DNA of 64,000 bases from a bacterium (GCA_965261595.1 CBDHDG010000005.1:192001-256000), one strand, 5' to 3'; positions 1-10,469 are shown, counted from the stretch's first letter. Made by a program: numbers and translations. The notes: generated by a model from the sequence alone, not told the origin.

Positions 1-427
1 CCCGCTCCATTTTATTCTCCGGGACATGGAGATCCCCATCATCCCGATCTTCGTGAACGCCTACGCCGTCCCCCAGCCCAAGCCCGCCCGCTGCTACGCC
101 TTCGGCCGGGCCCTGGGCGAGTGCGTCGCGAGCCGTCCCGAGCGGGTGGCGGTGCTCGCGACCGGCGGCATGAGCCACTTCCCGGGGACGGACAAGTATC
201 CCCAACCCAACCACGACGCGGACCGCCGCTATCTGGAGATGCTGACCGGGGACCGGGCCGCCGAGTTCGGAGAGGTGACGTCCAAGGAGCTGGACGAAAC
301 GGGCAACCCGGAGCTGAGGTCCTGGGTCACGGCCCTTGGAATGATGGGGGGCGGGACGGCCGAGCTTGTGACCTATCAGGCCAGCTGGCACATCGGCTTC
401 GGGATGATCCGCTGGCCGTTGAACTGA
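1..427 (+). CDS. LigB-family (class III) extradiol ring-cleavage dioxygenase, 5' part outside window
   Basis: Motifs IPIIPIFVNA, RVAVLATGGMSH, NHDADRRYL, GNPELRSW are typical of the LigB/protocatechuate 4,5-dioxygenase beta fold; reading frame is open to the window edge. Confidence 0.8.
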   Translation, partial: PLHFILRDMEIPIIPIFVNAYAVPQPKPARCYAFGRALGECVASRPERVAVLATGGMSHFPGTDKYPQPNHDADRRYLEMLTGDRAAEFGEVTSKELDETGNPELRSWVTALGMMGGGTAELVTYQASWHIGFGMIRWPLN

Positions 428-449
428 ATTCGCTGGGAGGAGATCCACC

Positions 450-767
450 GTGGCGTTTTGCGCGACACCGATCCACGAAAATTCCGCCTTGAATCGCGTC
501 TTCGAGAAGGTGATGCACGGCGCCGGGTTCCGGACGCTTTTCGTCGGGGACCGGGACAAGGCCGTCGCCCCGTTCAACCTCACCGTCAAGGAGCGCGAGG
601 CCCTCGACACCCTGAAGCCCACGAATCTCGTCCCCCTGGGCGCCCACCCGATGCTCGTCGTCATGGCGCTCTGGCGGCTGGAGCTCGAAGGGCTGCTGCC
701 TTCCTACACGCCCTACGGCGTCGCCAAATCCACCGACCCGGCCGACCCGGAGTATACGTATTACTGA
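450..767 (+). CDS. LigA-like small (alpha) subunit of aromatic ring-opening dioxygenase
   Basis: GGAGG RBS before GTG; LNRVF..FRTLF..FNLTVKEREAL..LGAHPML pattern; adjacent to LigB-like gene. Confidence 0.65.
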   Translation: MAFCATPIHENSALNRVFEKVMHGAGFRTLFVGDRDKAVAPFNLTVKEREALDTLKPTNLVPLGAHPMLVVMALWRLELEGLLPSYTPYGVAKSTDPADPEYTYY

Positions 768-907
768 GGCCGGCGGATGGTCCCGGCTGACAGAGCGCGG
801 GATGTTTGCGCAAGATTCGAGGCGGTTGGAAATCCGACTTGGCCCCGCGAATTTCTTGCAAAAGCCTCTCGTGGAGGCTTAACCTCGACGTGGGTTTCCA
901 CTTCCTT

Positions 908-2146
908 TCACCTGACCGCCATTCGCCCCCGAAGCCCCAGGGCGCAGGCCGCCGCCCCCGCCAGCAGGACCGCGCCGATCAGGAACGCCTCGTCGTACCT
1001 GCCCAGGGCCTCGTAGACCAACCCCCCGGTCAAGGGCCCCGAGAACGCGCCCAGATAATGCACGAAAATCAGATAGCCGTACAGCGTCCCGAAGGACTTC
1101 GGGCCGTACAGCTCGCGCGTGGCGGCGGAGGTGACGGGGTTCGAGGCGAACAGGACGAACCCGTAAAACACCATGAAGACGTAAAGCGGCGCGGCGCTTC
1201 GGCTCATCATCAGGAGCACGAACCCCGCCGCGCGGACGGCGTAAATCGCCGCCAGGGGGATCGTCCTGCCCGTCCGGTCCGACAACCATGCCAGCGACAC
1301 CGTCCCCGCCAGGCTGATCCCGCCCGCTGTCCCCAGGATGTTGGCCGCCGTCTGATCGGCAACGCCGAGGCCGATGGCGAAGAGCGGGAAGTGGAAGAAC
1401 AGGAGGAAGTCCGTGAACCCGCAGGCGAAGTAGGTTCCCGAAAGCAGCCAGAAGGGCGCCGTCCGAAGGGCCTGCCGCACGGGAACGTTGAGGGAGGCGC
1501 CCGGAGGGTCTGTTTCCGGGGCCTCCCCGCCGCCGCCGGAATCTCCGGTCCGGTCCCGCAAGAGCGCCCACAGGAGGGGGACCACCGCCGCGAACATCCC
1601 CGCGCCGAGAATCCGGAACGCCGCGCGCCAGGACCATTCCAGGATCAGGAACTGGATGAAGGGGGTCAGGATCATTCCGCCGGCGCTGAGGCCGGCGAAG
1701 GCGATCCCGATGGCCGCTCCCCGGCGTCGGTCGAACCACGGGGCGATCACGTTGCTCACAGAGACCAGGGAGGAGAACCCGTATCCCGCCGCCATCACCA
1801 GGCTGAACGTGAGGTAAATGAAGGCCACACCGGGCGCGAAGCCGCTCAGGAAAAGGCCGAGCCCCATCAGCGCGATTCCGGTCCGGATGACGCGGGACGC
1901 GCCGAATTTCCCCATCGCCCATCCGATGACAAGCTGCGTCAGCGCGATGACGATGATGGCGGCGGAGGACACCAGGGAGACCGCCGTCCGGCCCAGGCCG
2001 AACTCCGCCAAAAGGGGTTTGAAGAAGATACCGAAGCTGTGCCAGATCCCGGCCGAGAAGAAAAGGGTGATGAAACCGCCGGCCACCACCGCCCACGGCC
2101 GGAGGACGCTTCCGTGATCCGGGCGGTTTCCACCTTGATCAGACAA
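908..2146 (-). CDS. MFS transporter (OFA/MCT-like)
   Basis: ~12 hydrophobic segments; WFDRRRGAAIGIAFAG and WLSDRTGR MFS loop motifs. Confidence 0.9.
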   Translation of the reverse strand: MSDQGGNRPDHGSVLRPWAVVAGGFITLFFSAGIWHSFGIFFKPLLAEFGLGRTAVSLVSSAAIIVIALTQLVIGWAMGKFGASRVIRTGIALMGLGLFLSGFAPGVAFIYLTFSLVMAAGYGFSSLVSVSNVIAPWFDRRRGAAIGIAFAGLSAGGMILTPFIQFLILEWSWRAAFRILGAGMFAAVVPLLWALLRDRTGDSGGGGEAPETDPPGASLNVPVRQALRTAPFWLLSGTYFACGFTDFLLFFHFPLFAIGLGVADQTAANILGTAGGISLAGTVSLAWLSDRTGRTIPLAAIYAVRAAGFVLLMMSRSAAPLYVFMVFYGFVLFASNPVTSAATRELYGPKSFGTLYGYLIFVHYLGAFSGPLTGGLVYEALGRYDEAFLIGAVLLAGAAACALGLRGRMAVR

Positions 2147-2168
2147 ATAAAAGACTCCGGGAGCGGCC

Positions 2169-2810
2169 CTATTCGTCCTGCCGCTCGATGGCCAACAGGA
2201 AGGGGTTGGCGGCGCGTTCCTGCCGGATGCTCGTCGAGGGCCCGTGTCCCGGGTGAACCACGATGGCGTCGTCCAGCGTGAGGATCTTCGTTTTGAGGGT
2301 CTCCATCAGCGTTTCGTGGTCCGCGCCGGGAAGGTCCGTCCGGCCGATGGAGCCCGCGAACAGGACGTCTCCGCCGATCAGCCGGTCGGGGAAGAGGTAG
2401 CCCAGGCTGCCGGGACTGTGGCCGGGCATGTGGACGGCGGTGAAGGCAATATCCCCCAGCGTGAAGCGGTCGCCCGGCTGGGGGTGGTGGGTGACCCGGG
2501 GCGTTTCAAACGGACCGAGGCCATACGCCGCGGCGGACTCCTGAAGGCGGTCGAGCAGAAACCCGTCATCCGGGTGGAGATGGAAGTCCACGCCCGTCTC
2601 CCGCTGGATGCGGCCCACCGCCCCTACGTGGTCCATGTGGCCGTGGGTGTTGATGATCCGGGTGAGGCGGAGGTCCTTTAGCGAAATCGCCGCGAGGATG
2701 CGCTCGGCCTCGTCGCCGGGATCGAACAGAATGGCCTCGCCGGATTTCTCATCGCTCAGCAGATAGCAATTTTCCTCAAACGCTCCCACCGTCAGACATT
2801 CAAGATTCAA
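2169..2810 (-). CDS. MBL-fold metallo-hydrolase (glyoxalase II/YcbL-like)
   Basis: THGHMDHVG, PGHSPG, GDVLF, HPGHG motifs; TTG start at 2810 with GGAGG upstream. Confidence 0.9.
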   Translation of the reverse strand: MNLECLTVGAFEENCYLLSDEKSGEAILFDPGDEAERILAAISLKDLRLTRIINTHGHMDHVGAVGRIQRETGVDFHLHPDDGFLLDRLQESAAAYGLGPFETPRVTHHPQPGDRFTLGDIAFTAVHMPGHSPGSLGYLFPDRLIGGDVLFAGSIGRTDLPGADHETLMETLKTKILTLDDAIVVHPGHGPSTSIRQERAANPFLLAIERQDE

Positions 2811-2985
2811 CGCGGCGGCTCCCTCCACTTCGGCATGAGTCTTCTCCCTTCGGGTCGCGGCCCGAAGCGGCGGCCGGGCAAACCGCCGGGATTCCCGAGG
2901 CGCCCTGATTGTATCAGAGACGGCTCGACGGAAGAACGGAGACCCGGCCTCGGGCTCCCCCCCGGTCATGGCCGAGAGGGGGGGC

Positions 2986-3681
2986 TCAGATCTTTCTCAG
3001 CTCTTCGAGGATCCGGGGGACGCGGGGCCAGTCCAGGGGACCGCGGCCGATGTGTTTCCAGCGGATGTTTCCTCTCTTATCCAGAATAAAGGCGGCCGGG
3101 GACGTCATGAGGGTTCCAGTGTTATACGTCTCGTAAAGGTCCGCCAGTTGAAGGCTGGAGATCACGGGAAACGACAGCCGCAAATCAGTCGCGGTCTGAA
3201 GGGCGAGGCTCCGGCTCTCTGTTGTGACGGCGATCACCTGCGCGCCGAGCGACCGGAATTTCTGATGGTTCGCTTGGAGCGCGCGAAGCCGATTGGTGGA
3301 GGTTGTGGAAAACGATCCCCGGTAAAAGATCAGGACGACCTTCCGCTTCCCCCTGAACTGCGCGAGCGAAATCTTTTTCCCTTTGATCGTCCGGCTTTGG
3401 AAGGGCCGGAGGGGTGCTTTCATCGTGGCGGGCCAGAACATCCGCTTCGCCGTGACCCCCGCCGCGGCGAGGAACACGCCAATGACGAACCAGTGGAATT
3501 TTCGTAATACAGGAGAAGGCTTCCTCCTGCGCTTGGAACCCACATGGTTCGGACGATTGGAGGAAGAACGCCGGGGCGCAGCCGGTCTTTTGGGCGCGGC
3601 CCGGGGACCCGTTATCGGACGCTTCGGCCGGGTGGGTCCCTTGGACCCGGGTCTTCTCCCCCGATGGCCTTCTTTAGACAA
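2986..3681 (-). CDS. Membrane-anchored AhpC/TSA (redoxin)-fold protein lacking cysteines
   Basis: Basic N-terminus, one TM segment, GKKISLAQFRGK..VVLIFYRG, PAAFILDKRGNIRW; CxxC position reads STTS. Confidence 0.75.
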   Translation of the reverse strand: MSKEGHRGRRPGSKGPTRPKRPITGPRAAPKRPAAPRRSSSNRPNHVGSKRRRKPSPVLRKFHWFVIGVFLAAAGVTAKRMFWPATMKAPLRPFQSRTIKGKKISLAQFRGKRKVVLIFYRGSFSTTSTNRLRALQANHQKFRSLGAQVIAVTTESRSLALQTATDLRLSFPVISSLQLADLYETYNTGTLMTSPAAFILDKRGNIRWKHIGRGPLDWPRVPRILEELRKI

Positions 3682-3862
3682 ACCGACTCCCCCCCTCTCA
3701 TCACCCCCGACATTTTACATGATTCGAAATCGGATCGCCTCGACGCGATCGGGGCGAGGATTGCGGCTGAATGGAGCGTGTCATCGGACGGGGGGGGCTT
3801 TATATAGATCGAGGCTTGAGCCTCAGGTCGAGGCTTGGCCTCAAAATTTCGGGATGATCCGG

Positions 3863-5275
3863 ATGAATCCTCTACAAAAAGCGGAATCGGACGCCCCCTC
3901 CCCCTCCCCCCCCACGGTCACGGTGGAAATCGAATCCCTAGCCTACAAGGGCTGGGGGGTCGGTCGATCCGACGGACGCGTGATTTTTGTGCAAGACACC
4001 TGTCCGGGGGACCGGGTCGATGTGCGCCTGGAAAGAGACCTCGGGTCGCACGGGTTCGCCCGCGTCGTCCGAATGCTCCGGAACGGCCCGGCGCGGCGAT
4101 CCGCGGCTTGTCCGGTCGCGGGGGAGTGCGGCGGTTGTCAATGGCAGCAAATCGACGAGCGGGTCCAGCGGGAGCAGAAGCTTGCCGTCTTTCGGGATCT
4201 TCTTCGAAGGATCGGCGGGATCGCGCCGTCCGACGCGGACGGAGCGCCCGTCCTCGGCATCCTCTCCCCGAGAGGTCTGGCCCTCGGCTACCGGACGCGG
4301 GTGCGAATCGCCGTCCAACCCCGGGGCCCCGCGTTCCGCCGGGGCGGAAGCCGGGAGGAAGTTCCGGTGTCCGGATGTCCGGTCGCGGTTGAGCCCTTGC
4401 ACCGGCTGCTGGCCGCGTGGGCCGAGAGGCCGCCGGCGTGGTTCGCCACCGGGGATTTCCACGAGGCGGAGGTGACTTGGTGCGCGTCGCCCGGGGGGTT
4501 TCAGGTGAACTTGATCACCCGGCCGGGACGCAGACCCCGCCAGCCGAAGAACGATAAGGATCGCGAAGGGCGCGGGCTTTTCTATGCGGTGGACGGCCGT
4601 TGGCCGGGGGGGGGGCCGCCGCGGGCCCTGAATCCGCCGGGCGCTTGGACCTATCTCATTCCCCCGGAGGCCTTGGGCCGGACGGAGGGATTGTACATGA
4701 CGGCGGGACCCGGGGAGTTCCTTCAGCCCAACCCGGCCGAGAACGCCGCGCTGATCGAGACGGTTCTGGATTTCAGCCGGCCCGCGGCGGGTCCGGGAGC
4801 GGCCGGCGAACGCGCCCTGGACCTCTATTGCGGCGTGGGGAATCTGTCCCTTCCCCTGGCGCTGGCGGGGTATGGCGTGTTGGGGGTGGATTCCTCTTCG
4901 GAGGGGATTCGGAGGGCCCGTGAGAACGCGAAGCGCAACGGCGTGGACGGCTGTGAATTCAAGGCTTTGAGCGTCGAGCGCGCCCTCGCCCGGATTCGCC
5001 GGGGAGGAGACGCGTTCGATCTCGTCGTGCTCGATCCCCCGCGGGCGGGATGCAAGAAGATCGTGGACGCGGTGGCCGATATCCGGCCGGGCCGCATCCT
5101 CTACGTGTCCTGCAACCCCGCCACCCTGGCCCGGGATTTGAAGTCCCTGGCCCAGCGGGGATACCGGCTGGCCGAGTCCCGCTTGGTGGACTTCTTTCCC
5201 CAGACGTATCACATCGAATCCGTCAATTTGCTCCTTTCGGCCGAGGTGTCTGGTGAAAGCGGTGGAATGCGATAA
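3863..5275 (+). CDS. rlmD: 23S rRNA (uracil-C5)-methyltransferase RlmD/TrmA family
   Basis: TRAM-like N-terminus, CPVAGECGGC Fe-S motif, LDLYCGVG, LDPPRAG, YVSCNPATLARD, DFFPQTYHIE; start codon uncertain. Confidence 0.9.
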   Translation: MNPLQKAESDAPSPSPPTVTVEIESLAYKGWGVGRSDGRVIFVQDTCPGDRVDVRLERDLGSHGFARVVRMLRNGPARRSAACPVAGECGGCQWQQIDERVQREQKLAVFRDLLRRIGGIAPSDADGAPVLGILSPRGLALGYRTRVRIAVQPRGPAFRRGGSREEVPVSGCPVAVEPLHRLLAAWAERPPAWFATGDFHEAEVTWCASPGGFQVNLITRPGRRPRQPKNDKDREGRGLFYAVDGRWPGGGPPRALNPPGAWTYLIPPEALGRTEGLYMTAGPGEFLQPNPAENAALIETVLDFSRPAAGPGAAGERALDLYCGVGNLSLPLALAGYGVLGVDSSSEGIRRARENAKRNGVDGCEFKALSVERALARIRRGGDAFDLVVLDPPRAGCKKIVDAVADIRPGRILYVSCNPATLARDLKSLAQRGYRLAESRLVDFFPQTYHIESVNLLLSAEVSGESGGMR

Positions 5276-5320
5276 AATGAACGGGGTCCCCGGAGAGGGT
5301 CTTCTCCGGTAAGCGGAAGG

Positions 5321-6615
5321 GTGTCCGAGGAGGAACGGACTGAATTGAATTCGACGCATCCTCGTCTCCGGCCGGTCGAAGCGCATCCCCTTGAGCAGAA
5401 CGGAACGCGGGGGATTTGCCTGCGTGATCCCCACCGTTATTCGGAGAGCATGATCTTTGTCCCCGAGGGGTTGATCCCGCTGCTCCAGTTGATGGATGGC
5501 TCCCGGAGCCTGGGGGACATTCAGGCCGAGTTGACGCGCCGGTTCGGAAGCACCGTCCCCACCCAAGAGCTTCAGGCCCTGGTGGACACGCTCGACCGCG
5601 CCCATTTCCTGAATTCCGAAAACTTCGCCGCCCACAGGGCGGAAGTCGATCGCCGGTTTCTGGAGTCCCCGGTTCGCGACGCCTATCTGGCCGGGCAGGC
5701 CTACCCGGATCCCCGGATGATCTGGCCCGGTATATCGACGAGTTGTTGCTCCATCCGGACGGACCCGGCGCCCCCCCCCCCCCCCCCCCCCCCGCGATTC
5801 CGGAGAAGGGCGCCCCCGGATCCCGGAGCAACGGGACGCCCAAGGGGGCGATCCTCCCTCACATCGATTTCACGCGCGGCGGGGCGGTCTACGCCTACGG
5901 ATACCGCTCCCTGGTCGAGGCTGAACCGGCCGACACCTACGTGGTGCTGGGCACCGCCCACATGGGCGCCCGCCGGGTGTTCGCCCTGACGCGGAAGGAC
6001 TTCGCCACCCCCTTGGGGGCCGTTCCGGCCGACCAGGGGTTCATCGACCGGCTCGTCGAGGAAGTCCCGGGGGGGGGGGATTATTTCGAGGATGAGCTGA
6101 GCCACCGGGCGGAGCACTCCATCGAGTTTCAGGCCGTCCTGCTCCGGCGTCTCATCGGACGGGATCGTGACGTCTCGATCGTTCCCATCCTTTGCGGCTC
6201 GCTGCACGAGTATGTCCGGACGGGGCGCTCCCCCATGGATGACCCGGAGATCGCCGGATTCGTGAAGGGGTTGAAAAGGACCCTGGCGGGGCGGAAGGAA
6301 AAGGTCTGCGTGATCGCCAGCGTGGACCTGGCCCACGTTGGGCCGCAATTCGGCGCCCCCGAGCCCGTGGATGAGGCCCGGATCGCCGACACAAGCCGGA
6401 AGGATCACGAAATGCTGAAGCGCGTCCTGGACCGGAACCCGGAGGGCTTCTTTCAATACGTCCAGGAAGAGGGGGACGAGCGGAACGTCTGCGGGCTGAC
6501 GCCCATCTACACGATACTTCATGCCCTGGAAAGTCGCGAAGTGGAAATGATCAAGTACGGCGTGGCGCCGGACCCCCAGGGGACGGTGACCTTTGCAAGC
6601 CTGCTCGTTCATTGA
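5321..6615 (+). pseudogene. amrB: AmmeMemoRadiSam system protein B (MEMO1 family), one frameshift near 5710 (possibly a sequencing error)
   Basis: Frame 1 ends ..AYLAGQAYPD; the next frame continues DDLARYIDELL..ILPHIDF, LGTAH, EHSIEFQ, SVDLAHVG, CGLTPI (MEMO motifs). Confidence 0.8.
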
Positions 6616-6824
6616 CCCGGCCGGGTCCGGGGCGAGGGGGGGGACGGGAAGAATTCAGCGCCGGAGTTGTTCTACCCTAATGATGAGGACGGGCGCGCGG
6701 GTGCGGTTTGTCAAATCCGGAGTCGAGGCCTTATCCAAAGTCCGCCCTGTTTGTCTCCCCCGCGTCGCGGGGGGGGGAGGGAGGGGGGCGGGGGGCTGGG
6801 GCGCGCTGAATCGGGGGGATCCGA

Positions 6825-7703
6825 ATGACGGATGAACACAAGATTTCTCCGCCGGATGAGATCCGCCGCTTCCTGCGCTCGGCAGAGGTCCGATTGCGCC
6901 TCTGGTCCCTCCTCGAGGCCGGCCTGTGGATTGTGGCCCTGGGTTGCTTGGTCCTGCTCTTGGGAATCGGTGCCCGGGCGCTTCGGGATCTCTGGGCGTT
7001 CACACCGCCGGTCTACGCCGGCCTCGCCGCCGCCCTGGCCGTTTGGGCGCTTGTCCTGCTGGCGTCCCGGGGGTTTCGAAAAATCCCCCCGGACCAGGTG
7101 GCCTTCCTCATCGAGCAGCGCCACCCCGGACTCAATAATTCGCTGATCAGCTCGGTTCAGTTGACGGCCTCCGGCCGGCCGGAGAGCGCGGGGGAGGACC
7201 CGGAAGGAAGGGCTCCCGCCTCGGGCGGCTCCGCTTCGCTGATTGGCGCCCTGCTTGCGCGGACGGCCGACGCCATCGGGCGCATCGCGCCCGGCGACGC
7301 CGTCGACCGGTCCCGTTTGCGCGGACCGCTCCGGGCGGCCGGCGTCCTGGCCGCCCTCACCCTGGTGGTGGGCGGGATCGGGCCGTCCGCCCTGGCGGGC
7401 GCATGGCGCCTCCTGACGCACCCCATCCAAAGCATGCCCCCGCGGGCGCTTCTCATCGAGACCGCCCCCGCCGCGGGCAGGGTCCTGCTGGGCCGTCCGG
7501 TGACCCTGATCGCCCGCACCGCCGGGCGGCGGACAAAAACGCTCAGCGTCGAGATCGCCCCCGAAGGGGAAGGGGGAAGGGGGGGAGCGCCGCGGGTGGT
7601 CGAGATGACGCGCGGGCCGGATGGACCGAACGGGGAGGGGAGGTTCAGTCACCGGACGGGTCCCGTGAGGGCCTCCTTCACGTATCGCGCGTTCATCGGG
7701 GGC
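6825..7703 (+). pseudogene. N-terminal fragment of a large membrane-anchored protein (DUF4175-like), truncated at ~7700
   Basis: TM segments plus 'AFLIEQRHPGLNNSLISSVQL' pattern, then Ig-like strand region; the frame becomes non-protein-like after ~7700. Confidence 0.5.
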
Positions 7704-8079
7704 GACGTTCACCTACGAGATCGGCGGGCTGTGCGTCGCTCATCTGGGAGACGCGGGCGGAAAGCTGACGACGCGGCAGCTCAAGGAGCTGGGCGTGGTG
7801 GATGTTTTGATGATCCCCATCGGGGGACGGTTCAGCATGGGCCCGGCGATGGCCCGGATCGTGCTTCGGCAGATCAAGCCCCGGGTCGCCATCCCGATGC
7901 ACTATTGGAGCCGTGAAGACCTGTTGGGCGTTTTCCTGGAAGGGTTGCGCCATCGCCGCCACAACGGGTCCGTTATCCGCTTTACGCGGGAGACCCTTCC
8001 CCGAACCATGACCGTCGTTGTCCTGCGGCCCCCCGGCGGGGCGAGCCGTCCGGTGTTCCCCGCTTTGCCGTTTCGGTGA
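7702..8079 (+). pseudogene. C-terminal half of an MBL-fold (Lactamase_B_3-type) hydrolase, no N-terminus
   Basis: Frame reads TFTYEIGGLCVAHLGDAG..VDVLMIPIGG..IKPRVAIPMHY; no start codon or HxHxDH motif upstream. Confidence 0.7.
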
Positions 8080-8193
8080 ATCACGGGGGCGGGCCGCCGC
8101 CGGTCGTATCCAAAAAGAGACGTGCGCGCGGTGCGTCGGGCCACTAAAATGATTCCTGGCTTGTGTCAAACCCTATGCGAGAAGGAGGACTCC

Positions 8194-8517
8194 ATGAAGC
8201 GAGTTGTGTGTTCCCTGGCCGTGGTGGTCTTGATGGTCATGGCCACGGGGTGCCGGACGATCGGCCAAGACTTCGATCAGCAGGTCGTCACGCGAATCGA
8301 GAAGGGCAAGACGACCAAGGCCCAAATCCAGGACTGGCTCGGCGCTCCCTACGAAAAAGGCATCCAGGAGGGGCTTGATCTCTGGACGTATACCTTCATC
8401 AAGGCCACCATTTCCGATGAAACCAAGAAAGATCTCTCGATCTGGTTCGAAAAGAGCGGCGTGGTGAATACATTCACGTACACCACAAACTACGCGCCCT
8501 GGCAGGTCTCGAAATAA
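8194..8517 (+). CDS. Lipoprotein, SmpA/OmlA (BamE-like) domain
   Basis: AAGGAGG RBS, lipobox ATGC, IEKGKTTKAQIQDWLGAP..WTY. Confidence 0.75.
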   Translation: MKRVVCSLAVVVLMVMATGCRTIGQDFDQQVVTRIEKGKTTKAQIQDWLGAPYEKGIQEGLDLWTYTFIKATISDETKKDLSIWFEKSGVVNTFTYTTNYAPWQVSK

Positions 8518-8616
8518 CGGCCGGCGTCCTCCGTTGGCGCGCGCGGCTTCCACCCCTTAGCCGATGGTTGGGTACGGCCGCGGAATGCCCTGCCGCGGTG
8601 GGGGAAACGATCCTCT

Positions 8617-9480
8617 TTGTCTCCGATCTTGCTGGCCCTTGCGGCCACAATCCTCTTCTCGTCCACGTTTGTCTGGGCGCGGCGGGGGGTGCTCTACTGC
8701 GACATCCTCCTGGGAACCCTGATCGCGTCCTGGATCAATTTTTTGATCCTGACGGCATGGGTGGCGGCGACGGCCCCGTTGTCGGCTTTTGCCGACAAAC
8801 GAATCCTCATGTTCTTCGGTCTCGGGCTTTTCGTGCCGTCCCTCTCAAGGCTCCTGCTCCTGGCGGCGGTGGAAAAGGTCGGCGCCTCCCGCGTCTCCAG
8901 CCTGCGGGCGATGTCGCCTTTTCTCGCCTCGCTGACGGCCGTCCTGTTCCTGGGCGAGCGGCCGACGCCCTGGAACGTGATCGGGATGATCGTGATCATC
9001 GCGGGCGGGATGATCCTGTCCAAGCCGGGGCGGAAGGAGCGGGTCTGGAGACGCAGGGACCTGATCTATCCGTTGGCGGGGATGGTTCTGCTCGGTTTCC
9101 GCGACGTGGTGATCCGGTATGGCGTGGCGGACCAACCGCATCCCGTCGTGGGCGCCTGGGCGATGCTTCTCAGCTCGGGTGTGGTCATCAGCGGGATCTG
9201 GCTGTGGCGGCGTCCGGCGGGAGAGGGTTTTCCCCCTCTGCGGGGTTGGATTTATTTCGGACTCGTGGGGGGGGTCCTGGGGATTGGCTTCGTGCTCTGG
9301 TTTTTCGCGTTCCAGACGGGCCGGGTCGTTACGCTGTCCCCCATCTCGGGGGCCACCCCGCTGTTCACCCTCCTGTTCAGCGCCATCTTCCTGCGGGACC
9401 TGGAAAGGCTGACCTGGCCCTTAGCGGCGGGGTGCCTGTGCATCGTGCTGGGGGGCGTCCTGGTGGCGCTCCGGATTTGA
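8617..9480 (+). CDS. DMT/EamA-family transporter
   Basis: ~10 TM; two EamA repeats (PFLASLTAVLFLGE; PLFTLLFSAIFL). Confidence 0.85.
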   Translation: MSPILLALAATILFSSTFVWARRGVLYCDILLGTLIASWINFLILTAWVAATAPLSAFADKRILMFFGLGLFVPSLSRLLLLAAVEKVGASRVSSLRAMSPFLASLTAVLFLGERPTPWNVIGMIVIIAGGMILSKPGRKERVWRRRDLIYPLAGMVLLGFRDVVIRYGVADQPHPVVGAWAMLLSSGVVISGIWLWRRPAGEGFPPLRGWIYFGLVGGVLGIGFVLWFFAFQTGRVVTLSPISGATPLFTLLFSAIFLRDLERLTWPLAAGCLCIVLGGVLVALRI

Positions 9481-9510
9481 GAAAGCCTGTAGCCCATTCA
9501 GGCGGCCCCC

Positions 9511-10461
9511 GTGCCGCGTAGCCCCGGGCGTCCGCCCTCCGCTTCGGTGCCGGCCCTGTACGGCGGTCTGCTTGTCGGCGTTGTCGCGGTTTCCGGCTCC
9601 GCTGTCTTCGTCAAGCTCTCCGGTCTCTCGGCGGCCAACATCGCGGCCGGCCGGATGACGATGGCCGTGCTCTTGATGGCCCCGTTCGCCCTGCGCCCGG
9701 CCTGGCGCGCGTGGAAGGATCTCGGCCGCAAAGAGGCCGCCCTTCTGGTCCTGGCCGGGGTCGGTTTGGGCGTCCATTTCGCTGTCTGGGTGGCCTCGCT
9801 CAAGTACATCTCGGTGGCCAGTTCGGTCATTCTGGTGACGACGAGCCCATTGTTCGTTTCGCTCGGTTCACGTTTTTGGCTGAAGGAGCCGCTGTCCCGC
9901 CGGCTGATCGTCGGGATGGTCGTCGCCGGCGCGGGCGCGGCCTGCGTCGCGTGGACGGACGCCCGGGGCCCGGGGCATGGTTTGACCGGAGACCTCCTCG
10001 CGCTGGCCGGGGCGGTCATGTTCTCGGTCTATCTGTTGGCGGGCGCGCGCCTGAGAAAGTCGCTCTCGACCGCCGCCTACACATTTCCCCTTTACGTTAT
10101 TTGCGCCGGGTTTCTCCTGCTGTTGGCCGCGGGGCCGAATCTCGGAGGACTGTGGGAGTTCGCCCGGGCGGATGGGCGGGAGTGGACGCTTCTCCTGCTG
10201 ATGGCGGTCGTTCCCACCCTGATCGGTCATAACTGTCTGAATTGGGCCCTTGGGCGCCTCTCTTCTCCCGTCGTGGCGACGGCGATCCTGGGCGAGCCCG
10301 TTCTGGCGGCGGTCTTCGCGTATTTCTTTCTGGGGGAGGGAATCTCCGCCGGTTTGGCCGTAGGGGGTGGATTGATCCTGGCGGGGGTTTTCGTGGCCGT
10401 CTCCGGGGCGGCGTCGGGGTCGGCCGGGTTCGGTCTTGACCGGCGAATGGGCGGGGACTAA
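9511..10461 (+). CDS. DMT/EamA-family transporter
   Basis: ~10 TM; GDLLALAGA, GEPVLAAVFAYFFLGE. Confidence 0.85.
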   Translation: MPRSPGRPPSASVPALYGGLLVGVVAVSGSAVFVKLSGLSAANIAAGRMTMAVLLMAPFALRPAWRAWKDLGRKEAALLVLAGVGLGVHFAVWVASLKYISVASSVILVTTSPLFVSLGSRFWLKEPLSRRLIVGMVVAGAGAACVAWTDARGPGHGLTGDLLALAGAVMFSVYLLAGARLRKSLSTAAYTFPLYVICAGFLLLLAAGPNLGGLWEFARADGREWTLLLLMAVVPTLIGHNCLNWALGRLSSPVVATAILGEPVLAAVFAYFFLGEGISAGLAVGGGLILAGVFVAVSGAASGSAGFGLDRRMGGD

Positions 10462-10469
10462 GGTTTACC

